Origin: an uncultured beta proteobacterium
Lineage (GTDB): Bacteria > Pseudomonadota > Gammaproteobacteria > Burkholderiales > SG8-39
Direction of reading: 5' to 3'
Assembly: GCA_963811085.1 (NCBI GenBank)
Contig: CAWEPV010000003.1
Span: forward strand, 225,721-289,720
Length of the DNA stretch: 64,000 nucleotides
The translations under genes and the position numbers were made by a program. Of the stretch, positions 1 to 8,607 are shown piece after piece (within the stretch, counting starts at the first letter, position 1; every line of letters begins with the position of its first letter). The notes under the pieces were generated by a model, which was given only the letters and a program-made list of their open reading frames with translations, did not search any database and was not told the origin of the DNA.

Positions 1-885
1 GCGGCCGGCCTCGATCCGCCCGGCGAGCGCCGCCAGGCGCTGGCGCAGCGCCTGCTTGTCCCACAGCGGCGCGCCGAACGCCTTCCGGGTCTTCACGTAC
101 TCGAGCGTCAGCTCGAGCGCGCGCTGGCTCTCGCCCATCGCCATCGCCGCGAGCGCGATGCGCTCGTTCTGGAAATTGCGCATGATGGCGTAGAAGCCGC
201 GCCCCTCTTCGCCCAGCAGCTCCGCCGGCGCGTCCTCGAACACCAGCTCGGCGGTGTCCGAGCAGCGCCAGCCCATCTTGTCCAGGCGCCGCCCGAGCGA
301 GAAACCAGGGGCGCCCTTTTGCAGCGCGAACATCGAGATTCCCTTCGAGCCCGCGGCCGGATCGGTCCTGGCGGCGACGAAAACCAGGTCCGCGAGCGCG
401 CCGTTGGTGATGAACATCTTGCTGCCGCGCAGCCGCCACGCACCGCCTTCGCGCCGCGCGCTGGTGCGGATCGACTTCACGTCCGAGCCGGCGTCGGGCT
501 CGGTCACCGCCACCGCGGTGATCAGGTCGCCGGCGACGATGCCCGGCATCCAGCGCTCGAGCTGCGCCTGCGAGCCGGCGCGCGCGAGGTGCGGCGAGGC
601 CATGTCGGTATGCACCAGCACCGTGGCCGCGAAGCCGCCGAAGCCCGAGCGCCCCAGCTCCTCGGCCAGCAGCGCGGTGGCGAGCGCGCTCAAGCCTGCG
701 CCGTTGTACTGCTCCGGGTAGCGCAGGCCGAGGAAACCGTAGCGGCCCATCTCGCGCAGCACCTCGCGCGGCACGTAGCCCTGCTCCTCCCAGGCGGGAG
801 CCTGCGGCACGACTTCCTTGGTCACGAAGCGCCGCAGCGTCTCGCGCAGCAGGCGGTGAGTCTCATCGAAGTAGGGCGAAAGCAT
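1..885 (-). CDS. acyl-CoA dehydrogenase, first ~295 codons (3' end lies beyond the window edge)
   Basis: Absent from the ORF track because it runs off the edge. Hand translation of the minus strand from ATG 885..883 gives MLSPYFDETHRLLRETLRRFVTKEVVPQAPAWEEQGYVPREVLREMGRYGFLGLRYPEQYNG...AVTEPDAGSDV...MFITNG... and stays open to position 1. This is an ACAD N-terminal/middle-domain pattern. Confidence 0.85.
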   Translation of the reverse strand, partial: MLSPYFDETHRLLRETLRRFVTKEVVPQAPAWEEQGYVPREVLREMGRYGFLGLRYPEQYNGAGLSALATALLAEELGRSGFGGFAATVLVHTDMASPHLARAGSQAQLERWMPGIVAGDLITAVAVTEPDAGSDVKSIRTSARREGGAWRLRGSKMFITNGALADLVFVAARTDPAAGSKGISMFALQKGAPGFSLGRRLDKMGWRCSDTAELVFEDAPAELLGEEGRGFYAIMRNFQNERIALAAMAMGESQRALELTLEYVKTRKAFGAPLWDKQALRQRLAALAGRIEAGR

Positions 886-910
886 CGTTAGCGGATCTTA
901 CGGCGTTCTA

Positions 911-967
911 AATCGGGGTCAGAGTCGATTATTTCGCTAGGCGGAAAATGTGACTCTGACCCCGATT
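911..967. repeat. perfect 16-bp inverted repeat with 25-nt loop
   Basis: AATCGGGGTCAGAGTC (911..926) pairs with GACTCTGACCCCGATT (952..967). GATTATTT copies flank the arms. It lies between the MFS stop (974) and the ACAD start (885). Confidence 0.7.
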
Positions 968-973
968 ATTCGA

Positions 974-2137
974 TTATTTGGTCGCGAGGCGGCGGCGGAA
1001 TTCGAGAGCGAGCAGCGGCAGGCCGAGCGCGGCGACGGCGAACACCGGCCGGGTGCCGAAGTGGTCGACGATGCGGGCCGAGATCCACACCCCCGCCGAT
1101 TGGCCGGTGAACAGCGACAGCGCGAACAGCGACACCGCCGCGCCGCGCGCTTCGGGCGCCATCTGGGTGGCGTGCACCTGCAGCGTGTTGTGCAGCATGT
1201 AGAGGCCGGTTCCGGCGGCCGTCAGGCAGGGCACGGCCCAGGCCGCGCTCGGCGCGGCGATCATGCCGAGCCAGGCGAGCCCGAGCAGGGTCCCGCCCGC
1301 CAGCACCAGCCCGCGCTCGCCCAGGCGCGGAACGATGCGCCCCGCGGTCGCCGCGTACAACAGCCCGCCGGCGGCGAACGCGGTCACCAGCGCGCCGCTC
1401 GCGCCGAGGCTCACCCCGAGGCGCTCGTGCAGGTGCAGCGCGACGAACGACAGCGCGCCGTAGAACAGCAGCGCCTCGGTGAACACCGTCACCAGCATCA
1501 CCCGCACCCAGGGCAGGGAAAGTAGTCCGCCCATGCGACGGAAGGCGTCCGGCACCGAGACCGCGGCGCCGCCGGTGCGCCGGGTGAGCGGGTTACCGCG
1601 CAACTCGAGCGCGAGCAGCGCAGCGATCACGAGATAGAGCACGCCCAGCACCACGAACACCGCGCGCCAGCCGAAGATCTCGCCCAGCACTCCGCCCGCG
1701 GTCGTGCCGAGGGCGACGCCGAACATCTGGCCGATCAGGAAGCGCGCCAGCACCGGCTGACGCCGCTCGTAAGGAACGACGTCGCCGATCCAGGCCATCG
1801 AGACCGGGATCAGCGCGCCGACCGTCGCGCCCGAAACGAAGCGCGCCACGACCAGCCAGCCGAGCGAGGGCGCCGCGGCGCAGGCGAAGGTCCCCAGCGC
1901 CGAAAGCGCGGTCGCCGCCGTCACCACGCGGTATTTGCCGATGCGGTCGCCGACCGGCCCGTGCACCACCTGCAGCAGCCCGTAGGCGACCGAGAAGCCG
2001 GTGATCACCGCCGCCGCGGCGCCGGGTGTGACCCGGTATTCGCTCGCGATCAGCGCCAGCAGCGGGTCGGTGACCCGCAGCCCCGCCGCGCTGGCGAGCG
2101 CGGCGAGCGAGAGCAGGACGATGGCGCGGCCGGTCAT
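974..2137 (-). CDS. MFS transporter
   Basis: 387-aa ORF, hydrophobic throughout with about 12 TM-like segments. It has an MFS-type loop (GPVGDRIGKYRVV). Confidence 0.85.
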   Translation of the reverse strand: MTGRAIVLLSLAALASAAGLRVTDPLLALIASEYRVTPGAAAAVITGFSVAYGLLQVVHGPVGDRIGKYRVVTAATALSALGTFACAAAPSLGWLVVARFVSGATVGALIPVSMAWIGDVVPYERRQPVLARFLIGQMFGVALGTTAGGVLGEIFGWRAVFVVLGVLYLVIAALLALELRGNPLTRRTGGAAVSVPDAFRRMGGLLSLPWVRVMLVTVFTEALLFYGALSFVALHLHERLGVSLGASGALVTAFAAGGLLYAATAGRIVPRLGERGLVLAGGTLLGLAWLGMIAAPSAAWAVPCLTAAGTGLYMLHNTLQVHATQMAPEARGAAVSLFALSLFTGQSAGVWISARIVDHFGTRPVFAVAALGLPLLALEFRRRLATK

Positions 2138-2240
2138 GAGGCCGGCAAGTATCCGCGATTCGCGCGCCGTTATCGAGACTTAAGTCAGTCTTAATGTTCC
2201 GCGCAGCAGAATCGGCCCGCCGTTCACGCTCGGAATCCCG

Positions 2241-3581
2241 TTGAGAACTCCCTTTCGCCTCGCCCTCGCCGCCTTGTGCTCCGTTTGCGCCGGCTGCGCG
2301 AGCTACCGGCCCGAGCCGCTCGACACCGCGCCGCGCATGGCGCGCGACGTCGCTCACATCGAGGTCGATGCGGCGCGCATGCCGCTGCCCGCGCTGCGCT
2401 CGCACCGCTTCGACCCGGGCGACGGGCTCGACATCGACGAGGTGGCGATGCTCGCGGTGGCCAACAACCCGCGGCTCAGGCTCGAGCGCGACCGGCTCGG
2501 CGTGGCGCGCGCGCAGGCCTTCGCCGCCGGCCTGCTGCCCGACCCCCAGCTCGCGCTGACGCGCGACTTCCCGACCAACGGCGGGCCCGGCGACACCAGC
2601 GCGTTCAGCGCCGGCCTGTCCTACGACGTCAACGCGCTGCTGACCCGTTCGGCGCGCTCGGCGGCGGCGAGCGCGTCGGCGCGCCAGGTGAACCTCGAAC
2701 TGCTGTGGCAGGAATGGCAGGTCGTCGGACGGGCGCGGCTGCTGTTCGTGCGCAGCCTGGAACAGCAGCGCCTGCTCGATGTCTTGCATGAAAACCAGAA
2801 ATTATTTGCAAAGCGCTACCGGTATGTCCAGGCCGCGCTGGCCGAGGGCAACACGACGCTCGACGCGGCCGCCGCCGACCTCGCCGCGCTGCAGGACGCC
2901 GGGCGCCAGATCAACGAGCTCGAGCGCCAGCAACGACGCAACCGGGTCGATTTGAACCGCCTGCTCGGCCTGGCGCCCGACGCCGAGTTGCGCCTGGTCG
3001 GCGGCGCCGCGCTGCCGCCGCTGGACGCGGCGCAAGTCAAGGCTTCGCTCGCCCAGCTCGCGCGCCGCCGCCCCGACCTGCTCGCGCTCGAGGCGGGATA
3101 CCAGAGCCAGGAGGAGCGCTTTCGCGCCGCCGTGCTGGCGCAGTTCCCGGCGCTCAACGTCGGCCTGACGCGCGCGCGCGACACCAGCAACCTGTACACG
3201 CAGGGCCTCGGCATCACCCTTTCGCTGCCGATCTTCGACGGCAATCGCGGCAACGTGGCGATCGAGCGCGCCACGCGCCGGCAGCTGCACGACGAGTTCC
3301 AGCTGCGCCTGAACGACGCCGCCGCCGAGGTCACGGCCCTGCTCGGCGACCAGAAGCTGCTCGCGGCGCAGCTGGCGGGCGTGAAGTCCGCGCTCGCGAC
3401 ACTCGAGCAGGCCTCGGCGTCCGCGGCGGCAGCGCTGCAGGCCGGCAACCTGGGCGAGCTCGCCTACGCCAACGTGCAGTCGGGCCTGCTCGCCAAGCGC
3501 GTCGAGGCGGTCACGCTCGAGCAGCGCATCCTGGAGCAGCGCATCGCCATCCTCACTCTCGCCGGGAGCACCGCCAAGTGA
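2241..3581 (+). CDS. efflux outer-membrane factor lipoprotein (TolC/NodT family)
   Basis: 446 aa with a TTG start and a lipobox (LCSVCAGC). It has internally repeated coiled-coil/barrel halves. It is the first gene of an OMF-MFP-RND set joined by 4-nt overlaps. Confidence 0.85.
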   Translation: MRTPFRLALAALCSVCAGCASYRPEPLDTAPRMARDVAHIEVDAARMPLPALRSHRFDPGDGLDIDEVAMLAVANNPRLRLERDRLGVARAQAFAAGLLPDPQLALTRDFPTNGGPGDTSAFSAGLSYDVNALLTRSARSAAASASARQVNLELLWQEWQVVGRARLLFVRSLEQQRLLDVLHENQKLFAKRYRYVQAALAEGNTTLDAAAADLAALQDAGRQINELERQQRRNRVDLNRLLGLAPDAELRLVGGAALPPLDAAQVKASLAQLARRRPDLLALEAGYQSQEERFRAAVLAQFPALNVGLTRARDTSNLYTQGLGITLSLPIFDGNRGNVAIERATRRQLHDEFQLRLNDAAAEVTALLGDQKLLAAQLAGVKSALATLEQASASAAAALQAGNLGELAYANVQSGLLAKRVEAVTLEQRILEQRIAILTLAGSTAK

Positions 3582-4594
3582 AACGCCTCCTCATCGCCCT
3601 GTTCGCGTTCTCGCCGCTATTCGCCGCCGCGGCCGATGCGCCCAGCGTGCTGGTACGCACCGAGCCGCTGCGCCGGCATGCGATCAACGAGACCCTGGTC
3701 GGCTACGGCACGCTCGCGCCCGAGATCGGCGGCACGATCAACCTCAGCCTGCCGCGGCCCGGCCGCATCAGCGCGTTCGACGTCAGCCCGGGGCAGGTGG
3801 TGAAGCAAGGCACGAAACTGCTCGAGTTCCGCACCGCCGCCGGCGCGGCGCTCGGCTACCGCCAGGCACAGAACGCGCTTGCGTATGCGCGCTCCGAGCT
3901 CGCGCGCACCGAGCAGCTGCGCGCGCAGAAGCTCGCCACCGGGTCGCAGGTCGCGGCCGCGCGCAAGACGCTCGCCGACGCGGAGGCGGCGCTCGAAGCC
4001 CAGCGCAGGCTCGGCACCGGCACCGCCAGCGAAACGGTGAAGGCGCCGTTCGACGGCGTGGTGGTCGGCATTGGCGCCGCGCTCGGCGACCGCCTCGCGG
4101 CGGGGGCTTCCGTGCTCAAGCTGGCGCGCCTGTCGGGGCTGCGCGTGCTGCTTGGCATCGAGCCCTCCGACAGCTTCGCCGTGCGCCCCGGAATGCCGGT
4201 GCGGCTCACGCCCGTGTTCGACGCCGAGCGCAAGGTCGAGGCGCACGTCGCCGCGGTGCACGGCATGGTCGACCCGCAGACGCAGCTGGTGAACGTAGTG
4301 GTCAGGATCGACTCCGGGAATCTGCTGCCCGGCATGCGGGTGAAAGGCGAGATCACGCTCGCCAGCCGGACCGGCTGGGCGGTGCCGCGCTCCGCGGTGC
4401 TGCACGACGGCGACGGCAACTATCTGTTCCAGGTCAGCGAAGGCGTCGCGCGGCGCGTCGCGGTGACGGTCGAAAGCGACGGCGACAGGCTGCTCGGCAT
4501 CAGCGGCGCCGGCCTCGACTCGGCGCTCAAGGTGGTGGTGCAGGGCAACTACGAGCTGTCCGACGGCATGGCGGTGCGCGAGGCGGCGCGATGA
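3578..4594 (+). CDS. efflux RND periplasmic adaptor (membrane fusion protein)
   Basis: 338 aa with a signal peptide, alpha-hairpin region (ELARTEQLRAQKLATGSQVAAARKTLADAEAALEA) and beta-barrel domains. It overlaps both neighbours by 4 nt. Confidence 0.85.
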   Translation: MKRLLIALFAFSPLFAAAADAPSVLVRTEPLRRHAINETLVGYGTLAPEIGGTINLSLPRPGRISAFDVSPGQVVKQGTKLLEFRTAAGAALGYRQAQNALAYARSELARTEQLRAQKLATGSQVAAARKTLADAEAALEAQRRLGTGTASETVKAPFDGVVVGIGAALGDRLAAGASVLKLARLSGLRVLLGIEPSDSFAVRPGMPVRLTPVFDAERKVEAHVAAVHGMVDPQTQLVNVVVRIDSGNLLPGMRVKGEITLASRTGWAVPRSAVLHDGDGNYLFQVSEGVARRVAVTVESDGDRLLGISGAGLDSALKVVVQGNYELSDGMAVREAAR

Positions 4595-7500
4595 ATTTCA
4601 CCCAGTGGGTTCAGGCCCACCGGCGCTCGATCCTGTTCTTCCTCGCCATGCTCGCCCTCGCGGGAGCGTTCGCCGCGTTCAGGCTTCCGGTCACGCTCTT
4701 TCCCAAGGTCGACTTTCCGCGCGTGCTGGTTTCGCTCGAGGCGGGAGACCGGCCGGCCGACCTGATGGCGCTGCAGGTCACGGCACCGGTCGAGGAGGCG
4801 GTGCGGCGCGTGCCCGGCGTGCGCGACGTGCGCTCGACCACCAGCCGCGGCTCGGCCGACGTGTCGATCAACTTCGACTGGGGCACCGACATGGCGGCCG
4901 CGACCTCGCAGGTGACCGGCGCGATCAGCCAGATCCTGCCCGGTCTGCCACCCGGCACTCAGCTGCGCACCAAGCGCATGGACCCGACGGTGTACCCGAT
5001 CCTCGCCTACAGCCTGACCTCCGACAGCCAGTCGCTTACCCGGCTGTACGACTTGGCGCGCTACCGGCTGCGTCCACTGCTGTCGAGCATCAACGGCGTG
5101 GCGCGCATCCAGGTGGTCGGCGGCGCACGCGAGGAATACCACGTGACGGTCGACCCGGCGCGGCTCGAGGCCTACGGGCTCGCGTTGTCCGACGTCTCGG
5201 CCGCACTGAGCGCGGCCAACGTGGTGACCGCGGTCGGCCGGATCGAGGACCACTACAAGCTCTATCTCGCGGTGTCCGACACGCGGCTGCAGAGCCTGGC
5301 GCAGATCGGCCGCACCGTGCTCAGGAGCGGCACCAACGGCCTGGTGCGGCTGAGCGACGTCGCTACCGTCACCGACAGCACCGTGCCGCAGTGGATTCGG
5401 GTCAACGCCGACGGCAAGGACGCGGTGCTGCTCGACGTCTACCAGCAGCCCGGCAGCAACAGCGTGCAGATCGCGGCCGACGTCGCCGCGCGCCTCAAGG
5501 GCTACGCAAAGCAAATGCCGCCGGGAGTGAAGGTCGCCAAGTGGTACGACCAGAGCGAGCTGGTGGTCGCCGCCGCGGCGAGCGTGCGCGACGCGATCCT
5601 GATCGGCGCCGCGCTCGCGGCGCTGGTGCTGCTCGCGTTCCTGCGCAACCTGAAAACCACCCTGATCGCGCTCATCGTGCTGCCCGCGGTGCTCGCCGCG
5701 ACGGTGGTGCTGCTGTACGCGCTCGGCATGAGCTTCAACATCATGACCCTTGGCGGCATGGCGGCCGCGGTGGGACTGATCATCGACGACGCGATCGTGA
5801 TGATCGAGCATATCGTGCGCCGCCTGCGCGGCGCGCCGGCCGACCACCACGGGCGGGTGATGGCGGCCGCGCTCGAGTTCGTGCGCCCGCTGGCCGGTTC
5901 GTCGGCCTCGACCATCGTCATCTTCGTGCCGCTCGCGTTCCTGACCGGGGTCACGGGCGCGTTCTTCAAGGCGCTCTCGCTCACCATGGCCGCCGGGCTG
6001 GTGATCTCGTTCTTCGTCACCTGGCTCGCGGTGCCGATCCTGGCCGACCACTTCCTGAACGAGAAGGACGCCAACCAGAAGGAAGGCGGCCGCCTGACCG
6101 AATGGATGCACGCGGCCTACGCCGCGCTCATGCACCGCGTGCTGGCGCGCCCGGCCTGGGCGCTAGTCGGCGTCGCGCCGCTGGTGCTGGCCGGCTGGCT
6201 CGCCTACCAGCACACCGGCTCGGGCTTCATGCCGACGATGGACGAAGGCGGCTTCATCTTCGACTACACTTCCCCTGCCGGCACCTCGCTCAGCGAGACC
6301 GACCGCCTGCTGCACCAGGTGGAGGACATCGTCAAGCGAAACCCGTACGTCGACACCTACTCGCGCCGCACCGGCACCCAGCTCGGCGGCGGCGTGACCG
6401 AGGCCAACGAGGGCGACTTCTTCATCCGCCTCAAGGACGAGCCGCGGCCGCCGATCGAGGACGTGATGGACCATATTCGCCAGCAGGTGGAGCAGAAGGT
6501 GCCCGGCCTGAACATCGAACTGGCGCAGCTGATGGAGGACGTGATCGGCGATCTGACCGCGGTACCGCAGCCGATCGAAATCAAGATCTTTTCCGAGGAC
6601 GCGGCCCAGCTTTCACGCCTGGCGCACAAGGTCAGGGCGGCGATCGAGAAGGTTCCGGGCGTGGTCGACACGCGCAACGGCATCCACCCCGCGGGCGACG
6701 CGCTCGAAATCCACGTCGACCGCTCGAAGGCCGCGCTCGAAGGCATGAGCCCCGAGGCGGTGACCGCGCAGCTCGACGGCTATATGGCCGGCGTGGTGAC
6801 GACGAAGATCGAGCACAATCCGAAGCTGATCGGAGTGCGCGTGTGGCTGCCGCGGGACTTGCGCACCACGGTGCCGGACATCGGGCGTCTTCTGCTGCGC
6901 GCCCCGGACGGACACCTGTTCCCGCTCGGGCGCGTGGCGAAGCTGGTCACGGTCAGCGGCCAGCCCCAGGTCAGGCGCGACAACCTCAAGCGCATGGTGG
7001 CGGTGACCGGGCGCATCAGCGGGCGCGACCTCGGCTCGGTGATTCGCGACGTGCGCCAGGTCATGGACCGGCCCGGCATGCTGCCCGCGGGCGTCTATTA
7101 CGAGCTGGGCGGCCTGTACAAGCAGCAGCAGATCGCGTTCCGCGGCCTGGTCCAGGTGTTCGCCGCCGCGGTCGCGCTGGTGTTCCTGCTGCTGCTGTTC
7201 CTGTACGAGAGTTTTCGGCTGGCACTGTCGGTCATGGCCGCCCCGCTGCTCGCGGTGTGCGCGGTGTTCATCGGCCTGTGGGCCACCGGCATCGAGCTCA
7301 ACATTTCCTCGATGATGGGAATGACCATGATCGTCGGCATCGTGACCGAGGTGGCGATCTTCTACTTCTCGGAGTACCGCGACCTGGCTGGCGACATGCC
7401 GCGCACGCAGGCGCTGATCGAGGCCGGCAAGAACCGCATGCGCCCGATCGCGATGACCACCTTCGCCGCGATCCTGACCCTGCTGCCGCTCGCCTTCGCC

Positions 7501-7638
7501 ATCGGGCAGGGCTCGGCGATGCAGCAGCCGCTCGCGGTGGCGATCATCGCCGGGCTGGCGGTGCAGCTGCCGCTCGTGCTGGTGGTGATGCCGGCGCTGT
7601 TCGTGCTGCTGGGCGCCGGCGCCGATCGCGTTTCCTGA
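4591..7638 (+). CDS. RND efflux permease (AcrB/CzcA superfamily)
   Basis: 1015 aa with a 12-TM, two-large-loop architecture. The TM4 motif is GLIIDDAIVMIEH, which is HAE-like rather than the HME DFG..DGA..VEN form. Confidence 0.92.
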   Translation: MNFTQWVQAHRRSILFFLAMLALAGAFAAFRLPVTLFPKVDFPRVLVSLEAGDRPADLMALQVTAPVEEAVRRVPGVRDVRSTTSRGSADVSINFDWGTDMAAATSQVTGAISQILPGLPPGTQLRTKRMDPTVYPILAYSLTSDSQSLTRLYDLARYRLRPLLSSINGVARIQVVGGAREEYHVTVDPARLEAYGLALSDVSAALSAANVVTAVGRIEDHYKLYLAVSDTRLQSLAQIGRTVLRSGTNGLVRLSDVATVTDSTVPQWIRVNADGKDAVLLDVYQQPGSNSVQIAADVAARLKGYAKQMPPGVKVAKWYDQSELVVAAAASVRDAILIGAALAALVLLAFLRNLKTTLIALIVLPAVLAATVVLLYALGMSFNIMTLGGMAAAVGLIIDDAIVMIEHIVRRLRGAPADHHGRVMAAALEFVRPLAGSSASTIVIFVPLAFLTGVTGAFFKALSLTMAAGLVISFFVTWLAVPILADHFLNEKDANQKEGGRLTEWMHAAYAALMHRVLARPAWALVGVAPLVLAGWLAYQHTGSGFMPTMDEGGFIFDYTSPAGTSLSETDRLLHQVEDIVKRNPYVDTYSRRTGTQLGGGVTEANEGDFFIRLKDEPRPPIEDVMDHIRQQVEQKVPGLNIELAQLMEDVIGDLTAVPQPIEIKIFSEDAAQLSRLAHKVRAAIEKVPGVVDTRNGIHPAGDALEIHVDRSKAALEGMSPEAVTAQLDGYMAGVVTTKIEHNPKLIGVRVWLPRDLRTTVPDIGRLLLRAPDGHLFPLGRVAKLVTVSGQPQVRRDNLKRMVAVTGRISGRDLGSVIRDVRQVMDRPGMLPAGVYYELGGLYKQQQIAFRGLVQVFAAAVALVFLLLLFLYESFRLALSVMAAPLLAVCAVFIGLWATGIELNISSMMGMTMIVGIVTEVAIFYFSEYRDLAGDMPRTQALIEAGKNRMRPIAMTTFAAILTLLPLAFAIGQGSAMQQPLAVAIIAGLAVQLPLVLVVMPALFVLLGAGADRVS

Positions 7639-7654
7639 CCACATGGAGGTCGAC

Positions 7655-8149
7655 ATGAAGACACTGGCCGCCTTTGCATTCACCGCCGCGCTCGCCCTGC
7701 TGCCGGGCGCCGCCGACGCCGCCGGGCAGGCGATCTACAAATCCTGGGAGCCCGACGGCAGCGTGACCTATGCCGCGCAACCGGAGCCCAACGCGACGAA
7801 AGTCCAGCGCATCGACATCCAGACCCTGTCGCCCGAGCAGCGCCGCGCCGCGCACCGCCTGCTGCTGATGGACCAGGCGACGATCAAGAAGGGCGACGCG
7901 ATCCTGCAGCGCGAATGGACCAAGGTCGACAACGACATCACGCGCGCGCAAAAGGCGCTCGCGCACGCCGAGCAGGCGCTGCGAGACGGGCGCACGCCGC
8001 TGCCGGGCGAGCGACTCGGCATGCGCGGCGGCGGATCGCGCCTGGACGCGAAATATTTCGCGCGCATCAAGCGCCTCGAAGACGCGGTCAACGCCGCGCG
8101 CAAGAGGCTCGACAAGGCCTACGAGACGCGCAACAACCTGCGCGGTTAA
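7655..8149 (+). CDS. DUF4124-like secreted protein
   Basis: The track ORF is 7643..8149. I prefer ATG 7655, which has GGAGG 5 nt upstream and starts a signal peptide (MKTLAAFAFTAALALLPGAADA). The motif YKSWEPDGSVTYAAQPEP resembles the DUF4124 N-terminal motif, and the C-terminal half is coiled-coil. Confidence 0.6.
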   Translation: MKTLAAFAFTAALALLPGAADAAGQAIYKSWEPDGSVTYAAQPEPNATKVQRIDIQTLSPEQRRAAHRLLLMDQATIKKGDAILQREWTKVDNDITRAQKALAHAEQALRDGRTPLPGERLGMRGGGSRLDAKYFARIKRLEDAVNAARKRLDKAYETRNNLRG

Positions 8150-8167
8150 GTGGGGCTTAACTGTCGG
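8145..8167 (+). promoter_or_regulatory. PmrA/BasR-type direct-repeat box upstream of the PepSY gene
   Basis: The sequence is GTTAAG-tgggg-CTTAAC-TGTCGG and overlaps the DUF4124 stop codon. About 80% of positions over ~33 nt are identical with the site at 10640. Confidence 0.55.
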
Positions 8168-8212
8168 TGGCGCAAGCTGTGATCCATGTTCATCAACCAG
8201 AGGATCACGAAC

Positions 8213-8530
8213 ATGACTAGCGACAAAATGAAGCTCTTCACCACTGCGGCGCTCGGCGCCGCCCTGCTCGGCGCTGCGGTCGCGGCGCAGGCCTTCAGCG
8301 GCGAACAATACGCCAGCGGGGCCCGCGTCAGCCTCGACCAGGCGCGCGCGATCGCGCTCGAGGCGCACCCCGGCAAGATCGCCGACCAGGAGCTCGAGCG
8401 CGAGCAAGGCGGCAGCGGCCTGCGCTACTCGTTCGACATCGTCTCCGGCAAGGCGCGGCAGGAAGTCGGCGTCGATGCCAGGACCGGCAAGGTCCTGGAG
8501 AACAGCGTCGAGGGCCCGAACGCGGACTAG
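8213..8530 (+). CDS. PepSY domain protein (secreted)
   Basis: The track ORF is 8186..8530. ATG 8213 has AGAGGA 8 nt upstream; 8186 and 8228 are alternatives. It has a signal peptide (KLFTTAALGAALLGAAVAAQA) and a PepSY-like core (LDQARAIALEAHPGKI...YSFDIVSG...VGVDARTGKVLE). Confidence 0.7.
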   Translation: MTSDKMKLFTTAALGAALLGAAVAAQAFSGEQYASGARVSLDQARAIALEAHPGKIADQELEREQGGSGLRYSFDIVSGKARQEVGVDARTGKVLENSVEGPNAD

Positions 8531-8607
8531 CGGCCCCGCGCAGGCCGGAGTGCCGGCGGCGAGTACGTTAACCTTCCGACTCCCGAGCGGCTAGGAGCAG
8601 GGCCCAC

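Noticed and set aside
2181-2190. Shared 10-mer TTAAGTCAGT at 2181 (MFS/OMF spacer, within palindrome ACTTAAGT) and at 56151 (sorA spacer).
   Set aside because: Exact 10-mer matches are expected by chance many times in 64 kb on both strands, and there is no extended similarity around them.
1593-2789. Long Arg/Ala/Pro/Gly-rich ORFs antisense to or out of frame with clear genes. Examples are 1593..2789(-), 4549..6135(-), 4605..7658(+), 8527..9930(-), 21777..23504(-), 23505..25538(-), 35803..36624(+) and 56355..58970(-).
   Set aside because: These are typical shadow ORFs of ~70% GC DNA. Their composition is low-complexity and they have no recognisable motifs. Each overlaps a gene with strong family signatures on another frame or strand.
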